54,503 bases of DNA from Octopus bimaculoides. Lineage: Eukaryota. The stretch's first letter is position 1. Every line of letters begins with the position of its first letter. Under the pieces are notes generated by a model, which was not told where the DNA came from, searched no databases, and saw only the letters and a program-made list of their open reading frames with translations. Below are positions 45,701-54,503 of this stretch, piece after piece. Both the position numbers and the translations under genes were made by a program. The stretch spans positions 30,219,610-30,274,112 of the forward strand of contig NC_068996.1 of assembly GCF_001194135.2 (NCBI RefSeq). The letters are read 5' to 3'.

Positions 45701-48590
45701 CAAAATTGGCACTGAGTGGGGAAGGGAGGTTGGAAAAAATTCATAAATTTTCAAAAACAAGTTTCCCAGTGTTTTTAAATGCATAGAGCAAAAAAAATGG
45801 ACAAAATCAATCCCAAAGTGGGGGAGGATTCTCATAAAAAGCTTTCATTTGTAAGAGCGTGGTGAAAAAAAAATCTGAAAAATTCCCATCAAAACAAGAG
45901 AAAATCCAACTTATGTGAGTACTATACTGAAAGTCTCCCAGGGAATTCTATTGTGAAAATTACAAGATTAGGAATGCTCAGTTGGAGAGGGATGCGATGG
46001 ACAAGCCTGTATGCAAGGACAATCATGCTTTTACTTAGCTTGACATATCTTTTCAAGCACAGCAAACTACCAGGTGTCTTGGTTCCCTGTCATCCCCTCT
46101 GTGAATCCCGTCTGTAGATCCTTTCTCTTCACTTCATCTCCCTCCCTCTACAATTAGAGACAAGCACCTCTTGATGCAACTGTCTTTATTCATACACATT
46201 ACATGGCCATACCAGCACAATCTTTTCTGTAGCATGTTACATCTGATACCTTGTATACTCAGATTTTTTCTTAAAATATTTACACTGTCGTATATGCACA
46301 CTGACATTACCTGTCCTGCAGAGCAAACTGGCTTCATTTCTTTCAAGCCTTTGCACATCCTCAGTAGTCACAGCCTATGTCTCACTGCCATGAAGCATAG
46401 TTGTTCATACAGAGGCATCATACAATCTGCCTTTCACTCTAAGGGAGAGGCCCATCATTACTAACAGAGTTAGTAGATCTCAGAACTTCACCCAACCTAT
46501 TCTTACTCTAGCAGCTATGCTTTCGGAACAACTTCCCCCACCACTAACTTGGTCACCTAAGTAATGGAAACTATCTACTACTTCTTAAGGATCCCCACTG
46601 ACATTTAAGGGAGTCTATTTTTTGTACATTCCTGCACATCTGCGACATGTAAAAACTACTTTTTCTGTTGGTCTTCCAGTGATACTGCTGCACCTCTTGT
46701 GTGTCCATAACTTGCACTGGGTACACCTTATAGTTTCTCCTGATACCCTTTCTACATATCGAGCAGAGCCATCTTCCTGAAGAGATCTGTGATTTGTCTG
46801 TTTTACTACTTATTACTTTGGTTGTTGCTAAATTAACTCTTAAGGTCCTTTGATTCCAGTCAATGCTGCTATACCTGGAATTTCTTTAACTTTGGTAGGG
46901 ATTCAGCAATAAGAACAAGGTCATCTGCATAGAGAAGCTCCCAAGGACTGCTAGTCTTAAATACCTCAGTAATAGCTTGAAGGACCATGATAAATCAGTG
47001 AGAGAAAAGTTGGACATAAGAAGCATCAGGTGTGTGCAAGAGAGACGACTATGTTGGTATGGTCATGTGTTGCATATGGATGAGGACAGCTGTGTGAAAA
47101 AGTGTACCACCCTAACAGTGGAGGGAACCTGTGGAAGAGGTAGACCCAGGAAGACATGGGAGCATGACCTTTGAATGTTGGGCTTCACAGAGGCAATGAC
47201 AAATGGCCAAGACCTTTGGAGATATGCTGTGCTTGGACAACCCCGGCAAGCCAAGTGAGATCGTAGCCAATGCCTGTGTTGCATAACCAGCCTGTTTAAA
47301 AGTACCCTTCAATCATCAAGCAACATGCTGGTGGCATGTATAAAGCACCATTCGAGTGTGGTCGATGCCAGTGCTGCCTGACTGGCCCATGCCAGTGGCA
47401 TGTAAAAAGCACCCACTACACTCTTGGAGTGGTTGGTGTTAGGAAGGGCACCCAGCAGTAGAAACCTTGCCAAATCAGACTGGAGCCTGGTGCAGCTTCC
47501 TGGCTTGCCAGTCCTCAGTCAAACCGTCCAACACATGCTAGCATGGAAAGCGGACATTAAATGATAATTATGATAGAAATAGTATTTGATTTTCAGGGAA
47601 CAGTTCTTATAATACAGTCATTTTCTTGAAACAGTGAAAAATGAAATTCAGATAATGCATAACATGTTTGAGTCAAAGATTAAAATAGACAGTATTTAGA
47701 ATACTCCCAACAACAACAAAAAGACAAATTCATTATTCACTAACAGAGTCCAATATACTTTATGAAATATTAACTTTGTTTCTAGGTGACACATACAAAA
47801 TAAAGTTAAAGTTGTATGTGCTTAGTTTAAATTTTATAAAAATAGACACTTGCCAAAAAAAAAACAAAAAAAAAAAAAAGAATCAAACCTTTTCTTGTAA
47901 GTTTTTCTTCAAGTTCCTTTGGAAAAACCGACGCATATTCACCACTTGTGGCTTTCTACAAAACAGCAGTGAACATTTTAATAGACATTTTGTTCATAAG
48001 TTTCAATTTTTCTCAACTTTGATACATAAATTATAATTACCTTTTCTAATGCAGCTTCATTTGTTTTCTTGGTAATTGGTTGACTATCCACCTCTAAAAA
48101 TATTTAAATTTGAAAATGAAATTTTCTACAATGATTGTTTAAAAAAAAATACAAAAATAGTCTACTCAATTGCTAACAGATATGTTTTTATCCAAGGTAT
48201 AAACATCAATGTAAAAAGATATTCAGGTATCAAATATCATCACCAAACTAGATTGATGCACATTTATTGGATCTCACTTCAATATATCAGTAATTGCAAA
48301 TCTTCATAAAATTTGATTTTCATCTAGCAATAGCATTAAATCAGATACAACTGATTAATTGGTAAAACTTTAATCACAGTTGCTGCTTTTAAAGTGGAAA
48401 AAGTTTTTAACTTATATAAAAACATTACAATACAAAACACTTATGTACCACAGAAAAAAGAACAAAAACAAAAAAGAAAGATATACACAAAAAAAATGCT
48501 TACTCTCAGTGGATGTTTTTTTTGACTTTTCTTTCCTTATACATTCTGATTCAGGTGAAGAAATATTTTTCCCAAAACACTTCTCAGAAG
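18607..48590 (-). CDS. RRBP1: RRBP1/p180-kinectin family coiled-coil protein, 3' portion (18 exons, ~702 aa in window; 5' end lies beyond the window)
   Basis: Manual splice reconstruction: all 17 introns are GT-AG, phases match and the frame stays open to TAA at 18607-18609. Motifs match human RRBP1 as recalled (KNNDLREKNWKAMEAL, LLPELSV..WLQDLKEK, EPSSDL, terminal GTSV). Orthologue versus paralogue (or KTN1-like) status is unresolved. Confidence 0.8.
19168..20044 (-). mobile_element. Internally deleted Tc1/mariner (DD37D/maT-like) element with both TIRs
   Basis: TIRs agggtgtttgggctaaatttgaca and tgtcaaatttagcctgaacaccctg|ta; transposase C-terminal motif WPLNSPDCNHMDYYMWG. Confidence 0.88.
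21640..22090 (+). mobile_element. Penelope-like element 3' end (GIY-YIG endonuclease remnant)
   Basis: Decayed frame CDCRNRNNC..C...DVIYQCTV...Y.G...GLSRYIWELKD...WEILT...KCYLCINE. Confidence 0.8.
22130..22612. repeat. Tandem direct duplication of a ~240-bp unit (2 copies, diverged)
   Basis: aataacactagaaatac...cctatttcttata occurs at ~22136-22368 and ~22374-22612. Confidence 0.9.
22620..23120 (-). mobile_element. Penelope-like GIY-YIG fragment, opposite orientation
   Basis: ORF 22828-23124: KCNCSDPLRCSISGNCCQDNVIYKC...VYIGSSIDFKQRYRSH. Confidence 0.82.
23121..23672 (-). mobile_element. Rearranged RTE 3' UTR (segment 23121-23345 placed before its normal 3' neighbour, partly duplicated)
   Basis: 23121-23345 matches ~130-365; 23346-23672 matches the RTE distal UTR and repeats part of the first segment. 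Confidence 0.75.
23773..25182 (+). mobile_element. Non-autonomous, internally deleted piggyBac (PGBD4-like) element; left end in gap
   Basis: Transposase remnants YLHV.D..DPLFKVRP, YNKYIGSVDQ, KWWRYL, HLQFR and Cys-rich tail; right end atatagtaacaaaaag|TTAA at 25179-25182. Confidence 0.85.
25715..26575 (+). mobile_element. RTE 3' end with expanded ~65-bp tandem units
   Basis: ORF end (gggcctcacagagg..atgac), 4 or more tandem units at 26146-26420, distal UTR and GAT/GAA-type tail. Confidence 0.8.
28151..28183 (-). CDS. Exon Q (33 nt micro-exon): ESSNSTQKIEQ
   Basis: acacacag acceptor, gtaagt donor, phase 0-0. Confidence 0.7.
28325..28507 (-). CDS. Exon P (183 nt): SLEYLKSEVSKQQ...KLNGIIKTGQDALSQEQKLVENLKQKLSVR
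   Basis: tttgtatttgtag acceptor, AGG|gtaagt donor; resembles the RRBP1 C-terminal coil RLQELLKTTQEQLAREKDTV. Confidence 0.85.
29270..29590 (+). mobile_element. Old RTE C-terminal fragment
   Basis: Decayed VQERRLxW.G.V..MEDDCC.KK motif. Confidence 0.6.
30101..30139 (-). CDS. Exon O (39 nt micro-exon): AEKEIQILKEKQT
   Basis: tttttag acceptor, gtaagt donor, phase 0-0. Confidence 0.75.
31857..32111 (-). CDS. Exon N (255 nt): FIELQSTYEIKSLE...YQNLFLIT
   Basis: ttttattttcag acceptor, gtaagc donor. Confidence 0.85.
32826..32993 (-). CDS. Exon M (168 nt): ADEPVSDLKEMTK...LKESETK
   Basis: tttatag acceptor, AAG|gtaatt donor; EPVSDL resembles RRBP1 EPSSDL. Confidence 0.85.
33121..33180 (-). CDS. RRBP1: Exon L (60 nt): KHTIWMKTFEQKAVEFLKSK
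   Basis: ctattttcag acceptor, gtaatt donor; resembles kinectin WLHGFEKKA. Confidence 0.85.
33404..33484 (-). CDS. RRBP1: Exon K (81 nt): MQAADTFSHDRALLQSIFPSITVDKSL
   Basis: tttgttcttcag acceptor, gtaaga donor; resembles the LxxLFPxxSV motif of RRBP1/KTN1. Confidence 0.88.
33722..33817 (-). CDS. RRBP1: Exon J (96 nt): DLRKKNWKAMEAVAESEKSTEQQIVDAVCTAE
   Basis: tattttatttcag acceptor, gtaagt donor; RRBP1/kinectin signature DLRxKNWxAMEA. Confidence 0.9.
33868..35990 (+). mobile_element. tRNA-derived SINE split by a nested insertion (SINE halves 33868-33906 and 35628-35990)
   Basis: The head ggcatggctgtgtggtaagaagcttgcttcc continues as caaccacatagttctggattcagtccc after the insert. Confidence 0.85.
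33907..35627 (+). mobile_element. Non-LTR retroelement with 5' UTR, ORF1-like frame and A-rich tail (L1/Tx1-like, possibly ORF1-only)
   Basis: 12-bp perfect TSD aagcttgcttcc (33895-33906 and 35628-35639); ORF from ATG 34354 running into the gap with two in-frame stops; TRGWVSGLPPGIEPEWI resembles an ORF1 RRM strand; AATAAA/A tail. Confidence 0.65.
36739..37298. mobile_element. Tigger/pogo-like MITE or deleted derivative
   Basis: TA|cagtaatgcctcaatatacaag and ctcgtaaagtgaggtattactg form ~22-bp imperfect TIRs. Confidence 0.7.
37668..37854 (-). CDS. Exon I (187 nt, phase 2-0): LGEKNSEIMRLTSEL...VWHAKND
   Basis: gtgagt donor; A-rich acceptor ataattacag; splicing to exon J builds KND-DLRKKNWKAM. 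Confidence 0.85.
38460..39050 (+). mobile_element. Old RTE RT/C-terminal remnant
   Basis: Traces of W.VR..Q.MY and WYGH motifs. Confidence 0.5.
39441..39610 (-). CDS. Exon H (170 nt, phase 0-2): LVKMENKRLLETN...SLIEHER
   Basis: tttcttatag acceptor, gtaagt donor, open frame. Confidence 0.8.
40890..41075 (-). CDS. Exon G (186 nt, phase 0-0): IKNESNSKRLKELQ...KEIENK
   Basis: ttttacctccag acceptor, AAG|gtaaat donor. Confidence 0.85.
41470..41770 (-). mobile_element. tRNA-derived SINE (third head type)
   Basis: Minus-strand head gtgcatagctcagtggttagggc...gattcctgg with A/B-box-like motifs, followed by a non-tRNA body. Confidence 0.7.
43091..43235 (-). CDS. Exon F (145 nt, phase 2-0): VDNSEEKKLEQKV...KELEAEK
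   Basis: ttgtttttag acceptor, gtaaga donor, coiled-coil composition. Confidence 0.85.
43829..43866 (-). CDS. Exon E (38 nt micro-exon, phase 0-2): ENNILKRPPPKP
   Basis: Strong pyrimidine tract tttctctttttccttcttag, gtaagt donor; supplies the 0-to-2 phase change needed between D and F. Confidence 0.8.
45017..45237 (-). CDS. Exon D (221 nt, phase 1-0): NYEKEKIEQELSRIKLQ...NNKVKYQKIIE
   Basis: tgtctcttag acceptor, GAG|gttagt donor (alternative in-frame donor after 45041); heptad-rich open frame. Confidence 0.8.
46134..46980 (-). mobile_element. RTE RT fragment with intact C4HC3 finger
   Basis: WELLYADDL, WLCSICRKG...CTQCKLWTHKRC...TCRRC, CWYGHV. Confidence 0.85.
46990..47575 (+). mobile_element. 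5'-truncated RTE 3' end
   Basis: REKLDIRSIRC..RRLCWYGHV..GRGRPRKTW, then 3' UTR and GAT-type tail. Confidence 0.85.
47889..47955 (-). CDS. Exon C (67 nt, phase 0-1): KATSGEYASVFPKELEEKLTRK
   Basis: ttttgtag acceptor, AAG|gtttga donor; bridges the phase gap between B and D across an 85-nt upstream intron. Confidence 0.7.
48041..48093 (-). CDS. Exon B (53 nt, phase 1-0): VDSQPITKKTNEAALEK
   Basis: tttttag acceptor, AAG|gtaatt donor. Confidence 0.75.
48504..48590 (-). CDS. Exon A (87 nt, phase 1-1): SEKCFGKNISSPESECIRKEKSKKTSTE
   Basis: ttgtatatag acceptor, gtaagc donor; phase fits exon B. Confidence 0.7.
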
Positions 48591-48879
48591 CTATATACAA
48601 AGATGATTATGAGAGTTAATAACATTACCAAAATAGTTTTAGAATACATATAATTTTTATTTAAGAAATTTATAAAGATGCTTTAAATATTTCTCATTTT
48701 GTAGTAGATGTAAAAGAAAACATAACATAGTAAATACTATAAGCAACAAAGAGTTAAAGAATGAATGACTGTTCAGATAGCTAAGTAGTGACAGTTGACA
48801 AAGTTATAGTGAAGAATATTAAAATAACTACCAAATATACCACACGTTCCTTAGGACTAAAATCGCATAGCCTTCTATT

Positions 48880-49080
48880 ATTTTACTTCTTTCAGTCATG
48901 TAACTTCAGCCATGCTGGAGTACGAACTGTAGTTGAAGAAACCGACTCTGGGATTTCTTCTTTCTAAGCCTAGCACTGATTGTATTGGTGTGTGTTACCA
49001 AATGGCAAAGTTGCAGAGACAGAAACACAGTAACGTCAGTTGTCAAGTGATGGTAAGAGTACAAACACACTCACACACAC
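48880..49080 (-). mobile_element. SINE 3' half
   Basis: Similar to 3064-3240. Confidence 0.6.
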
Positions 49081-49420
49081 AAATAGATACACATATATAT
49101 ATGTGAATATACACATACACATAAATACATATATATACATATACATACATACATGTATAAATACATATATACATGCATATATACAAAAATACACACATAT
49201 ATATACATATATATATAAGCATATATACATGTACATATATATGCATATTTATACATATATATATACATGTACACATATATATAAACATATACATGTACAT
49301 ATATACACATACATATATATATATATATACATGTACATATATATACACATACATATATATATATACATGTACATATATATACACATATATATGTACATAT
49401 ATATATATGTATATACATAC
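49080..49420. repeat. Compound (TA)/(CA) microsatellite
   Basis: Direct inspection. Confidence 0.95.
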
Positions 49421-49429
49421 ATATTGTTA

Positions 49430-49700
49430 CCAGTGTCGCCTTACTGCCACTTGTGCCAGTTGTATGTGGAAAACACCACTTCAGAGTGGCTGTTGCCAGT
49501 ACCACCTGAGTAGCCCTTGTACTGGTGGCACATAAAAGCATCCACTACACTCTCAGAGTAGTTGGCGTTAGGAAGGGCATCCTGCTGTAGAAACCCTGCT
49601 AGATCAGTTTGGAGCCTGGTGCAGCCATCTGGCTCCCTTGACCCCAGTCAAACCATCCAACCCATGCCAGCATGGTAAGCGGACATTAAACGATGATGAT
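49430..49700 (+). mobile_element. RTE distal 3' UTR with (GAT)n tail
   Basis: gttggcgttaggaagggcatcc...ggacattaaacgatgatgat shared with other copies. Confidence 0.8.
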
Positions 49701-49916
49701 ACATATAAATATGCATATATACACATGTATATANNNNNNNNNNNNNNNNNNNNNNNNNNNNNNNNNNNNNNNNNNNNNNNNNNNNNNNNNNNNNNNNNNN
49801 NNNNNNNNNNNNNNNNNNNNNNNNNNNNNNNNNTATATATATATGTATATATTATATATATATTAATTATGTATATATATATAATAATATAAATATATAG
49901 ATATATGCATATGCAT

Positions 49917-50420
49917 ATATGGGTACAGGACATCAAAAAAACATTAAACACTATGAAAAACGTAAACAGAAAATGAACTTTTTTCGAACAACGAAAAAAA
50001 ACAGAGAAACAAGACATGCAATATAAAGAGTATATCTCTTCATCAGTTGTCCCTGTCCATCTACTCCGCGTTTCGAAGGCAAGGACAATACTCGACTTCA
50101 TTGGAACAGTCCTTCCCACAAAGCAAATTAAATAAAATTTTGAATTTTCTCAGACATTTATTCATTGTAAATTTTTTCTGCCCAGTTACCTATCGGTATA
50201 GTGGTCATTTGCAAACTCCAGAGGCGACACTTTCATTTCCCTTTACTCCAAACGTCACACGTTATTTCAATTGGGTCTTGTCCTTCCAATTGCTATAGAT
50301 CCGTAATGCATCTTACAGCTGTGCCTGTCACCTGTATGGTGAGGAATCCTACATTGGGGAGTAGTAACGACTAGGCTACGGTAGCTGACTGATTATCGTG
50401 ATCATTCGTCTTTTGCTTTC
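49917..50420. mobile_element. Penelope-like terminal repeat (~240 bp) plus GIY-YIG remnant
   Basis: Repeat has a second copy at 51562-51805; decayed C..CGEESYIGE-like frame at ~50310-50380 (+). Confidence 0.55.
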
Positions 50421-50676
50421 CTGTAGCTTTGCTCTCTTTTACAAACTCAGGGAACATACATATATTTCCTATTTCAAAGAAATTCAGACAATACGCATTA
50501 CACCCAAGTTAAAAAGATTCCCAACAATTCAACTTCTCTGGTTGACATTAACACCTCCACTCCCAATAGGGGCCTTAACTCCCACATTTTTCAGCTCCAT
50601 GAGCTCCATTTTTCAGGAGCAAAATCCTTTTTACAGGGTCCATAACACTGGAATTTTGGGAATGTGCGCATAAATA

Positions 50677-51440
50677 TCAGATATATATAAAGATCAGAAT
50701 GTGTGTCTGTGTGAATCCCTAAAACTCGAGAACTACACAACCAATTTCATTCCAAATTAACACATGCCTTACTTAGGGTCCATGTAGTGTCTTAGGCCAA
50801 AAAATTTTTTAACTTCTTGCATAGTTTGAGCCCACAGCAATATCATATCTCCTCCACTATTTCAGTATTACGTGTCAAAAGTGAAACAATAACATCACTC
50901 TACTGTAATGTCAGATACTTTAACATTAACACTGAAACTATTCCACTATTTCAGTATTACCTGTCAAAAGTGAGACAGTAACATGTCGCTACTATAATTT
51001 CAAATACTTTTATTTTAATACTTTCAATTTCATACTGAAACTATTAAAGTGAGGCTATACTCTCACATATATACAGGCATACTATAAGATCCAAGTTAAA
51101 AACATTCCCAACAATTCAACTTCTCTGGTTGACATTAACACCCCCACCCCCAAAAGGGGCCTTCATTCCCACATTTTAGAGCTCCATGAGCTCCATCTTG
51201 CAGGAGAAAAATCCTTTTTACAGGTTCCAGAAGACTGATATTTTGGAATATGTGCATGAAGATCAATAGTATGGGATACATGTCTCATGATTAGAATTTT
51301 TTTAGGGTGTGTAAAGAGGAAAAGAACCCTCATGTGCAATTTTCATGAAATTCGAATCATATGTATTCCAGTTCCTTACAGAAAATATAACAGAAAAGTC
51401 TCATTCTTCAATTGCATGTAACACGGGCAATGCCTGCTAG
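50677..51440 (+). mobile_element. Non-autonomous Helitron
   Basis: 5' A|TC..atatatataaa..tgtgtgtctgtgtg start; 3' cacgggcaatgcctg-CTAG end; internal ~90-bp duplication. Confidence 0.7.
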
Positions 51441-51561
51441 AATTAAGATAAAACTTACTTGGAAAAGGATGTGTGGCATTCGATCATATAATAATATAAA
51501 TATATGCATATATACATATATATATGTACATACCTACATCTATATGTATACATGCGTGCAT

Positions 51562-51805
51562 ATATGGGTACAGGACATCACAAAAAAACGTTAAACACAA
51601 TGAGAAACGAAAACAAAAAATGAACTTTTTTCGAACAACGAAAAAAAATAAACAGAGAAACGAGACATGCAACAGAAATAGTATACCCCTTCGTCAGTTG
51701 TCCCTGTCCATCTACTCCGCATTTCAAAGGCAAGGACAACAGGTGACTTCGTTGGAACAGTCCTTCCCGCAAAGCAAATTAAATCAAATTTTGAATTTTT
51801 TACAG
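51562..51805. repeat. Second copy of the ~240-bp Penelope-associated repeat
   Basis: Aligns to 49917-50155. Confidence 0.85.
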
Positions 51806-52038
51806 AGGGTGAAAGTGTTAACAAGAACAGGACAGTGAGAACAAACGGTGAGGGCTGGTGGGCAATTATATATATATATTTATATATATATATATATACA
51901 CACACACACATGTATGCGTGTATGTATATCTATGTGTATATATACGTATATCTATATATATATATATATCTATATGTGTATGTATATGTGTGTCTGTAGA
52001 TATGTATATGTTTGTATATATATATATATATATGTATA

Positions 52039-52287
52039 TCTTCTTAATATATAAAATCTGTTCTGTCTGTCTGTTTGTGCTCTTATAACTTGAGTATTCT
52101 TCATCCAATCACGCTGAAATTTTAAACATGGATACATAAGAGAGCAGGGTGTTCTGTTATCTAAAAAGATTTTCAAAATCGTTAGTTTCAAAGTGAGAAT
52201 TGCTATTTTTGTAATCTTTAATGTCCTGTTTGTTCTGCCATTAAAACAACCAGTTGCTCACACAGCCCGTATATACCATTTCGCTAG
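52039..52287 (+). mobile_element. Short non-autonomous Helitron
   Basis: A|TCttcttaatatataaaa-tctgtctgtctgtttg start, CTAG end. Confidence 0.55.
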
Positions 52288-52559
52288 CAATAAGAGGAGT
52301 ACAGGATGACAGTCAGCCAAAATCGTTGCTATGCTGTCTCTCTTCTTTCCTCTCTCCGTGGGGGTTAATAATCTTAATCTTTATAGTTTCTCATTCAAAC
52401 TTCATAATAGGCAGAATTGTCTGATTAAGACAGTAGGGTATTTTGAGGGAGATTTAGCTGCTATTTCTACCAGGTCTAGCTACCATGTAGAGGTCTGCCT
52501 CATTCATACTATATGTTCCTTATGCTTTCCAAAACTGAGTTATACATTTTGACGTATGG

Positions 52560-53965
52560 GGAAATCAAAAGATTTGGTACTATTTGAGCTACACATTAAA
52601 CTTAATTTTCAATCACATATTTGCATTTCAAAAGTTTAACATAATCTTTTCCATAGATAACTATCGTAATAATTTTATACGATTACGTCAGATTTTCTAT
52701 GTGTGTGTGTACCTTAAAAGACGTCAATCATCCTGACACACACCTTCACTCACTCACTCACTATCTCTCTTTCTCTCTCAAATACATACGCACAAGCATG
52801 CACACACTCACACACACACACGTCCAATTCATATAGACGTACATACATCTTTCACTTTCTCTGTTCTTTTCACTTTCTCTTTCAATTTCTGCTCTCTTCA
52901 AATAAGTTTTACGGATACAACTGCTTACAAAAACAGGGATTAATGTATAATTTCTTTCTATGTTCATAATTTTTTGTTTACAATATTGGGAAAAATATGC
53001 CACCAAAGAAAAGGCGTAATCTCTCCAGAAACAAGTATAAAGCAATGAGGATTGTAGAAAACAATGCGAGAGTCTGAAGAGAGAAGCTAGATGAGATTTT
53101 CTCAACACCAGCAAATGTATGTTGCAGCACTTCATGCTGGATCATTAAATCAATGTTTTAATGATTAGCATTAAATCAATGTTTTATTGATTAGACAGAG
53201 GTCCAATAGAATAGCTCTCAGAAAGAGACTACATACAAATTCGTTCTTCACAACACCTGACGCTGTTTTCAGATATGATCCATTCCATTCTTATAAAAAT
53301 AATAACTCTGTCCAAATTGGTGTGCTAAACACAAATTAACGTTTCTGTAGAGCTTTAAAATTTTCAAATGAAAGAAATGGTATGTGCTGCTCAAGCAGTC
53401 AGGTAACATTACCAGCACTACTAGCTCCTTCTCAAACTCTTATGGATCTTCTAGAAGGCATTTCCATCCAGTCAGAGGATTTTCTGAACAATATCAGACA
53501 ATACAACTCGTTTGGTGCATCTAAGAAGATAGATAAACATGAATTTACGACGACGTCAAACTTCAAGGGCAAGCCTATCACCTCATTGGTTCCCTGTTAC
53601 CCACAAATGAACATCCACAGTTCCTCCAAATTTACTTTGAGAGATGTACAACAAACCTGAAGGAGGTGTCAACATTTCAGATGATGGGTCGTGTTAGACA
53701 CAGCGCTAACTGCTGCAAAAGAGAGTATATCCACTGACAACTTCTTGGTTCGTTCAAAAGTCACATAACCCTCAGAGGTTAGGGCCTAAAATACTCCAAA
53801 CGGATGCATAGCATGTTACTTAGTTGAATTAGCCCATCATTTACTCCTCAAATGTTATCTTGTCAATGCTGCACTTTCCCATATCACCTCTTTCAACAGA
53901 ACTGTAATATATTATATACAAACTACGCCAGTTTAGTCCCGAGCAATGCTGGGTTTCTCTGCTAG
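52560..53965 (+). mobile_element. Internally deleted autonomous-type Helitron (N-terminal Rep-helicase remnant); 5' boundary uncertain
   Basis: MPPKKRR start at ~52997; CRALKFSNERNGMCC...FLNNIRQYNS and KLQGQAYHLIGSLLP..PQFLQIYF (frameshifted); 3' hairpin cccgagcaatgctggg followed by CTAG|T at 53962-53966. Confidence 0.88.
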
Positions 53966-53983
53966 TGTATATATGTGTGTGTG

Positions 53984-54030
<47 letters not shown>

Positions 54031-54470
54031 ATATATATATTTGAATATATATCTACGTATATATATGTATCTATATATCTATGTATATATTTATGTATAT
54101 AGCTATGTATATGTATATATGTATGTGTATATATATATGTATATATGTATATATATATTTGTATATATGTGTGTGTATATATATATGTGTATATATGTGT
54201 GTATATATATGTATATATATATATATATATGTACATGTCATCATCATCATCATCATTTAATGTCCGCTTTCCATGCTAGCATGATGAATGTATATGTGTA
54301 TGTATATGTATATATATCTGTATATATATATATGTGTATATATGTATATGTATGTATATATATATGTATTTATATATATATATATGTATGTATATATATA
54401 TGTATTTATATATATATATGTATGTATATATATATGTATTTATATATATATATGTATGTATATATATATG

Positions 54471-54503
<33 letters not shown>
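53966..54503. repeat. (TA)/(TG) microsatellite with a ~34-bp higher-order unit near the end; short RTE tail at ~54236-54285
   Basis: atgtatgtatatatatatgtatttatatatatat repeated about 4 times. Confidence 0.95.

Larger units (their letters stand above)
1501..49833. other. Assembly gaps (N runs): 1501-2207, 2901-3063, 6141-6854, 23673-23772, 25846-26145, 27064-27634, 34856-35470, 49734-49833
   Basis: N characters; nearly all are flanked by repeats. Confidence 0.99.

Noticed and set aside
46134-47575. Twin-priming 5' inversion of a single RTE insertion
   Set aside because: The opposed pieces overlap by about 120 bp and differ substantially there, so two independent insertions fit better.
49036-54256. 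Y/I/M/V/C/H-rich ORFs
   Set aside because: They are translations of (TA)/(CA)/(TG) microsatellites.

Overview
This is AT-rich animal genomic DNA from a gapped short-read scaffold with 8 N-runs. The SINE/RTE repertoire and (TA)n load suggest an octopus (coleoid cephalopod); that assignment is inference. The main feature is largely missed by the ORF track. It is the 3' part of a minus-strand, intron-rich gene that I rebuilt by hand as 18 phase-compatible GT-AG exons (48590 to 18607, 2111 nt, about 702 aa, 5' end outside the window). The product is a coiled-coil protein with RRBP1/p180-kinectin hallmarks: KND-DLRKKNWKAMEA, LLQSIFPSITV, WMKTFEQKA, EPVSDL and a C-terminal GTSV-stop. The rest is mostly transposon debris: two RTE-clade LINE lineages (one with a PHD-type zinc finger inside the RT C-terminal region), tRNA-derived SINEs, two DD37D/maT-like Tc1/mariner elements, a deleted piggyBac, a Tigger-like MITE, Penelope GIY-YIG remnants, a Helitron cluster and a ~550-bp foldback. 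The most intriguing items are a TSD-flanked, apparently ORF1-only LINE inserted between the A and B boxes of a SINE head, the divergent RRBP1-like gene, and the PHD-bearing RTE. No rRNA, true tRNA or CRISPR array is supported. All alignments were done by eye and no database searches were run.
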